A DNA stretch of 36,633 bases, taken from an uncultured Alphaproteobacteria bacterium. Its GTDB lineage: Bacteria; Pseudomonadota; Alphaproteobacteria; CBDVDY01. The translations under genes were made by a program, and so were the position numbers. The DNA is taken from the NCBI GenBank assembly GCA_965372875.1, contig CBDVDY010000003.1, positions 1 to 36,633 on the forward strand, written 5' to 3'. Below are positions 34,487-36,633 of the stretch, in pieces. Position 1 is the stretch's first letter; the number at the start of each line of letters is the position of its first letter. Under the pieces are notes generated by a model that worked only from the letters and a program-made list of their open reading frames with translations, did not search any database and was not told the origin of the DNA.

Positions 34487-36583
34487 ATGGAAATCAACGG
34501 CAGGACGGTACTCGTCTGCAACTGCGAGCAGACGATGGCGATCGACGGCGGGGCGCTGGGCAAGGCCTGCGGCGCCGGTGATGCCGACGTGGATAGCCAG
34601 CTCTGCCGCGCCCAGCTTGGAGACTTCCAGCGCGCGATCGTCGGCGACAAACCCGTGCTGGTGGCCTGCACCCAGGAGGCTCCTCTGTTCGAGGAAGTGC
34701 GCGCCGACAGCAATCCGGGCGCCGAAGTCGCCTACACCAATATTCGCGAGCGCGCCGGCTGGTCGGACGAAGGCAAGCAGGCGCTGCCCAAGATGGCGGC
34801 GCTGATCGCCGAAGCCACGCTGGAGATTCCGCCGACCACCTCGATCACCTTGACATCCGAGGGATCGACGCTGGTGTACGGCACCGACGACCGCGCCATC
34901 GACGCCGCGCGGCAGCTCGCCGGCCGGCTCGACGTTACCGTGCTGATTACCGGGGCGGGCGAAGTCGCCGCGCTCCCGATCAACGACGTGCCGGTGTTCC
35001 GGGGCACGGTCAAGGCGGCAAGGGGACATTTCGGCGCCTTCGAGTTGGTGGTCGACGATTACGCGGCGACCAGTCCTTCCTCGCGCGGCGTTCTGGCGTT
35101 CGAGGCGGGGCGCGACGGCGCGTCGTCGAAATGCGATCTGATCCTCGACCTGACCGGCGGCGCGCCGCTGTTCCCGGCGCACGAGAAGCGCGACGGCTAT
35201 TTCCGGCCCGACCCGGGCAACCCGGCCGCCGTGCAAAAGACGCTGTTCGAGATGGTCGACATGGTCGGCGAGTTCGAGAAGCCGCGCTACGTTAGATTCG
35301 ACGAGGATATCTGTGCCCATTCGCGGGCCCGCATCGTCGGCTGCTCGCGCTGCCTCGACGTCTGTCCGGCCTCGGCCATCGAACCGGCGGGCGATTATGT
35401 CGCGATCGACCCGCATATCTGCGCCGGCTGCGGCGGCTGCGCCAGCGTCTGTCCGACGGGCGCGGCGAGCTATGCCATGCCGGGTAGCGAGGCGCTGTCG
35501 CAGCGGTTGCGGACGCTGCTTGCCGCCTACCGCGAGGCCGGCGGCGCCATGCCGGTGCTGCTGTTGCACGACCCGCGTCACGGCGACGAGCTGATCGCCG
35601 CCATGGCGCGCCATGGAAGGGGCCTGCCGGCCCGCGTGATCCCCTTCGCGGTCAACGAAATAACGCAGGTCGGCATCGATTTCTTCGCCGCCACCTTGGC
35701 CTACGGCGCCGGCGCGGTGCGGGTATTGACCGGCCCCGGCAACCGGGGCGAGCTCGACGGCCTGTCCAGCCAGATCGAACTCGCCGAGGCGGTCATGGCC
35801 GGCCTTGGATACGGCGCGGGGCGGGTGGCGCTGATCGACGAGCACGACCCCGACGCGGTCGAGGCGGCGCTCTATGGCCTTGCCCCCGCCGAGCCGCCCG
35901 AGCCCGGCGCGTTTCTGCCGATGGGCGGCAAGCGCACGCTGACCATGCTGGGGCTCAGGCACCTGCACCAGCACGCGCCATCGCCGGTCGAAATCCTGGA
36001 GCTGCCGGCCGGCGCGCCCTTCGGCGGCATCGAGATCGACACCAAGGGCTGCACGCTCTGCATGTCGTGCGTCGGCGCCTGCCCGACCGGGGCGTTGCTC
36101 GACAACCCCGACGCGCCGCAAGTCTCGTTCAACGAGGACGCCTGCATCCAGTGCGGGCTGTGCCGCGCGACCTGCCCGGAAAGCGTGATGACGCTGATCC
36201 CGCGCCTCAACTTCAGCGAGGCGGCGCGCGGCGCCATCGTGCTCAACGAGGAAGTGCCCTTCGAGTGCGTGCGCTGCGGCAAGCCGTTCGCCACCAAGGG
36301 CTCGATCGAAAAGGTGGTCGAGCAGTTGAAGAGCCACCCGATGTTCTCGGACGAGGCCGCGCTCAACCGCATCCGCATGTGCGAGGAATGCCGCGTGATC
36401 GACCAGTACGAGGCCGGTGGCGATCCCATGCAGGGGGGCGAGCGGCCCCGCACGCGGACCACCGACGATTATCTTGAAGAGGAAGCCGCCGAACGGGAAG
36501 CCGCGCTCCAGGCCGAACGGCAAAAGCTGCGCGAGCAGGCCAAAGCCGCAGCCAATGGGGCCGGCGAAGATCCGGAGAACTAG
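34487..36583 (+). CDS. Large FDH-associated 4Fe-4S polyferredoxin with HdrA-like N-terminus
   Basis: VCNCE..LCR..VACTQE..NIRERAGW N-terminus; CAH...GCSRCLDVCP, CAGCGGCASVCP, CTLCMSCVGACP, CIQCGLCRATCP, plus CVRC and CEEC. Confidence 0.85.
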   Translation: MEINGRTVLVCNCEQTMAIDGGALGKACGAGDADVDSQLCRAQLGDFQRAIVGDKPVLVACTQEAPLFEEVRADSNPGAEVAYTNIRERAGWSDEGKQALPKMAALIAEATLEIPPTTSITLTSEGSTLVYGTDDRAIDAARQLAGRLDVTVLITGAGEVAALPINDVPVFRGTVKAARGHFGAFELVVDDYAATSPSSRGVLAFEAGRDGASSKCDLILDLTGGAPLFPAHEKRDGYFRPDPGNPAAVQKTLFEMVDMVGEFEKPRYVRFDEDICAHSRARIVGCSRCLDVCPASAIEPAGDYVAIDPHICAGCGGCASVCPTGAASYAMPGSEALSQRLRTLLAAYREAGGAMPVLLLHDPRHGDELIAAMARHGRGLPARVIPFAVNEITQVGIDFFAATLAYGAGAVRVLTGPGNRGELDGLSSQIELAEAVMAGLGYGAGRVALIDEHDPDAVEAALYGLAPAEPPEPGAFLPMGGKRTLTMLGLRHLHQHAPSPVEILELPAGAPFGGIEIDTKGCTLCMSCVGACPTGALLDNPDAPQVSFNEDACIQCGLCRATCPESVMTLIPRLNFSEAARGAIVLNEEVPFECVRCGKPFATKGSIEKVVEQLKSHPMFSDEAALNRIRMCEECRVIDQYEAGGDPMQGGERPRTRTTDDYLEEEAAEREAALQAERQKLREQAKAAANGAGEDPEN

Positions 36584-36633
36584 GGCACTACCCGAGAAAT
36601 CCCCGGCGCTCGTTCCCGAGCAGCGAATCGGGG

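Noticed and set aside
36601-36633. GC hairpin (GCTCG-TTCC-CGAGC inside CCCCG...CGGGG) after the polyferredoxin
   Set aside because: Cut by the window edge and no U-tract visible, so it cannot be called a terminator.

Overview
GC-rich alphaproteobacterial DNA (gene content suggests a Rhodospirillales-like organism) in three blocks. (1) 1-16.4 kb is a flagellar/cell-cycle/chemotaxis block: fliN (partial)-flbD-flhA-flhF-flhG-FliK-like, then fliJ/fliI divergent from ctrA, a cheA(hybrid)-cheW-cheY-cheB-cheR operon preceded by chpT, and DUF3553. (2) 16.5-19.9 kb is a set of exported repeat and redox proteins: a 10-repeat ankyrin protein, a lipoprotein cytochrome c, an unannotated 40-aa membrane peptide, a 7-blade WD40 protein and a PepSY-like protein. 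(3) 19.9-36.6 kb is a Tat-exported, Cys-type formate dehydrogenase island (fdhABC, small lipoprotein, Tat peptide, TorD chaperone, DUF3306/DUF3305, mobA, fdhD) with a tungstate ABC transporter carrying three tandem TupA-type binding proteins, an HTH+oxyanion-binding regulator and a large HdrA-like polyferredoxin. Most notable: the third TupA copy has a rewired, acidic pocket; a perfect CtrA box lies inside the fdh operon; the exported accessory module sits next to FDH; a 22-bp perfect CTAG-ended palindrome supplies the flhA stop; and a SECIS-like hairpin follows the catalytic Cys codon of fdhA. All assignments come from motif recognition by eye; no database search was run.
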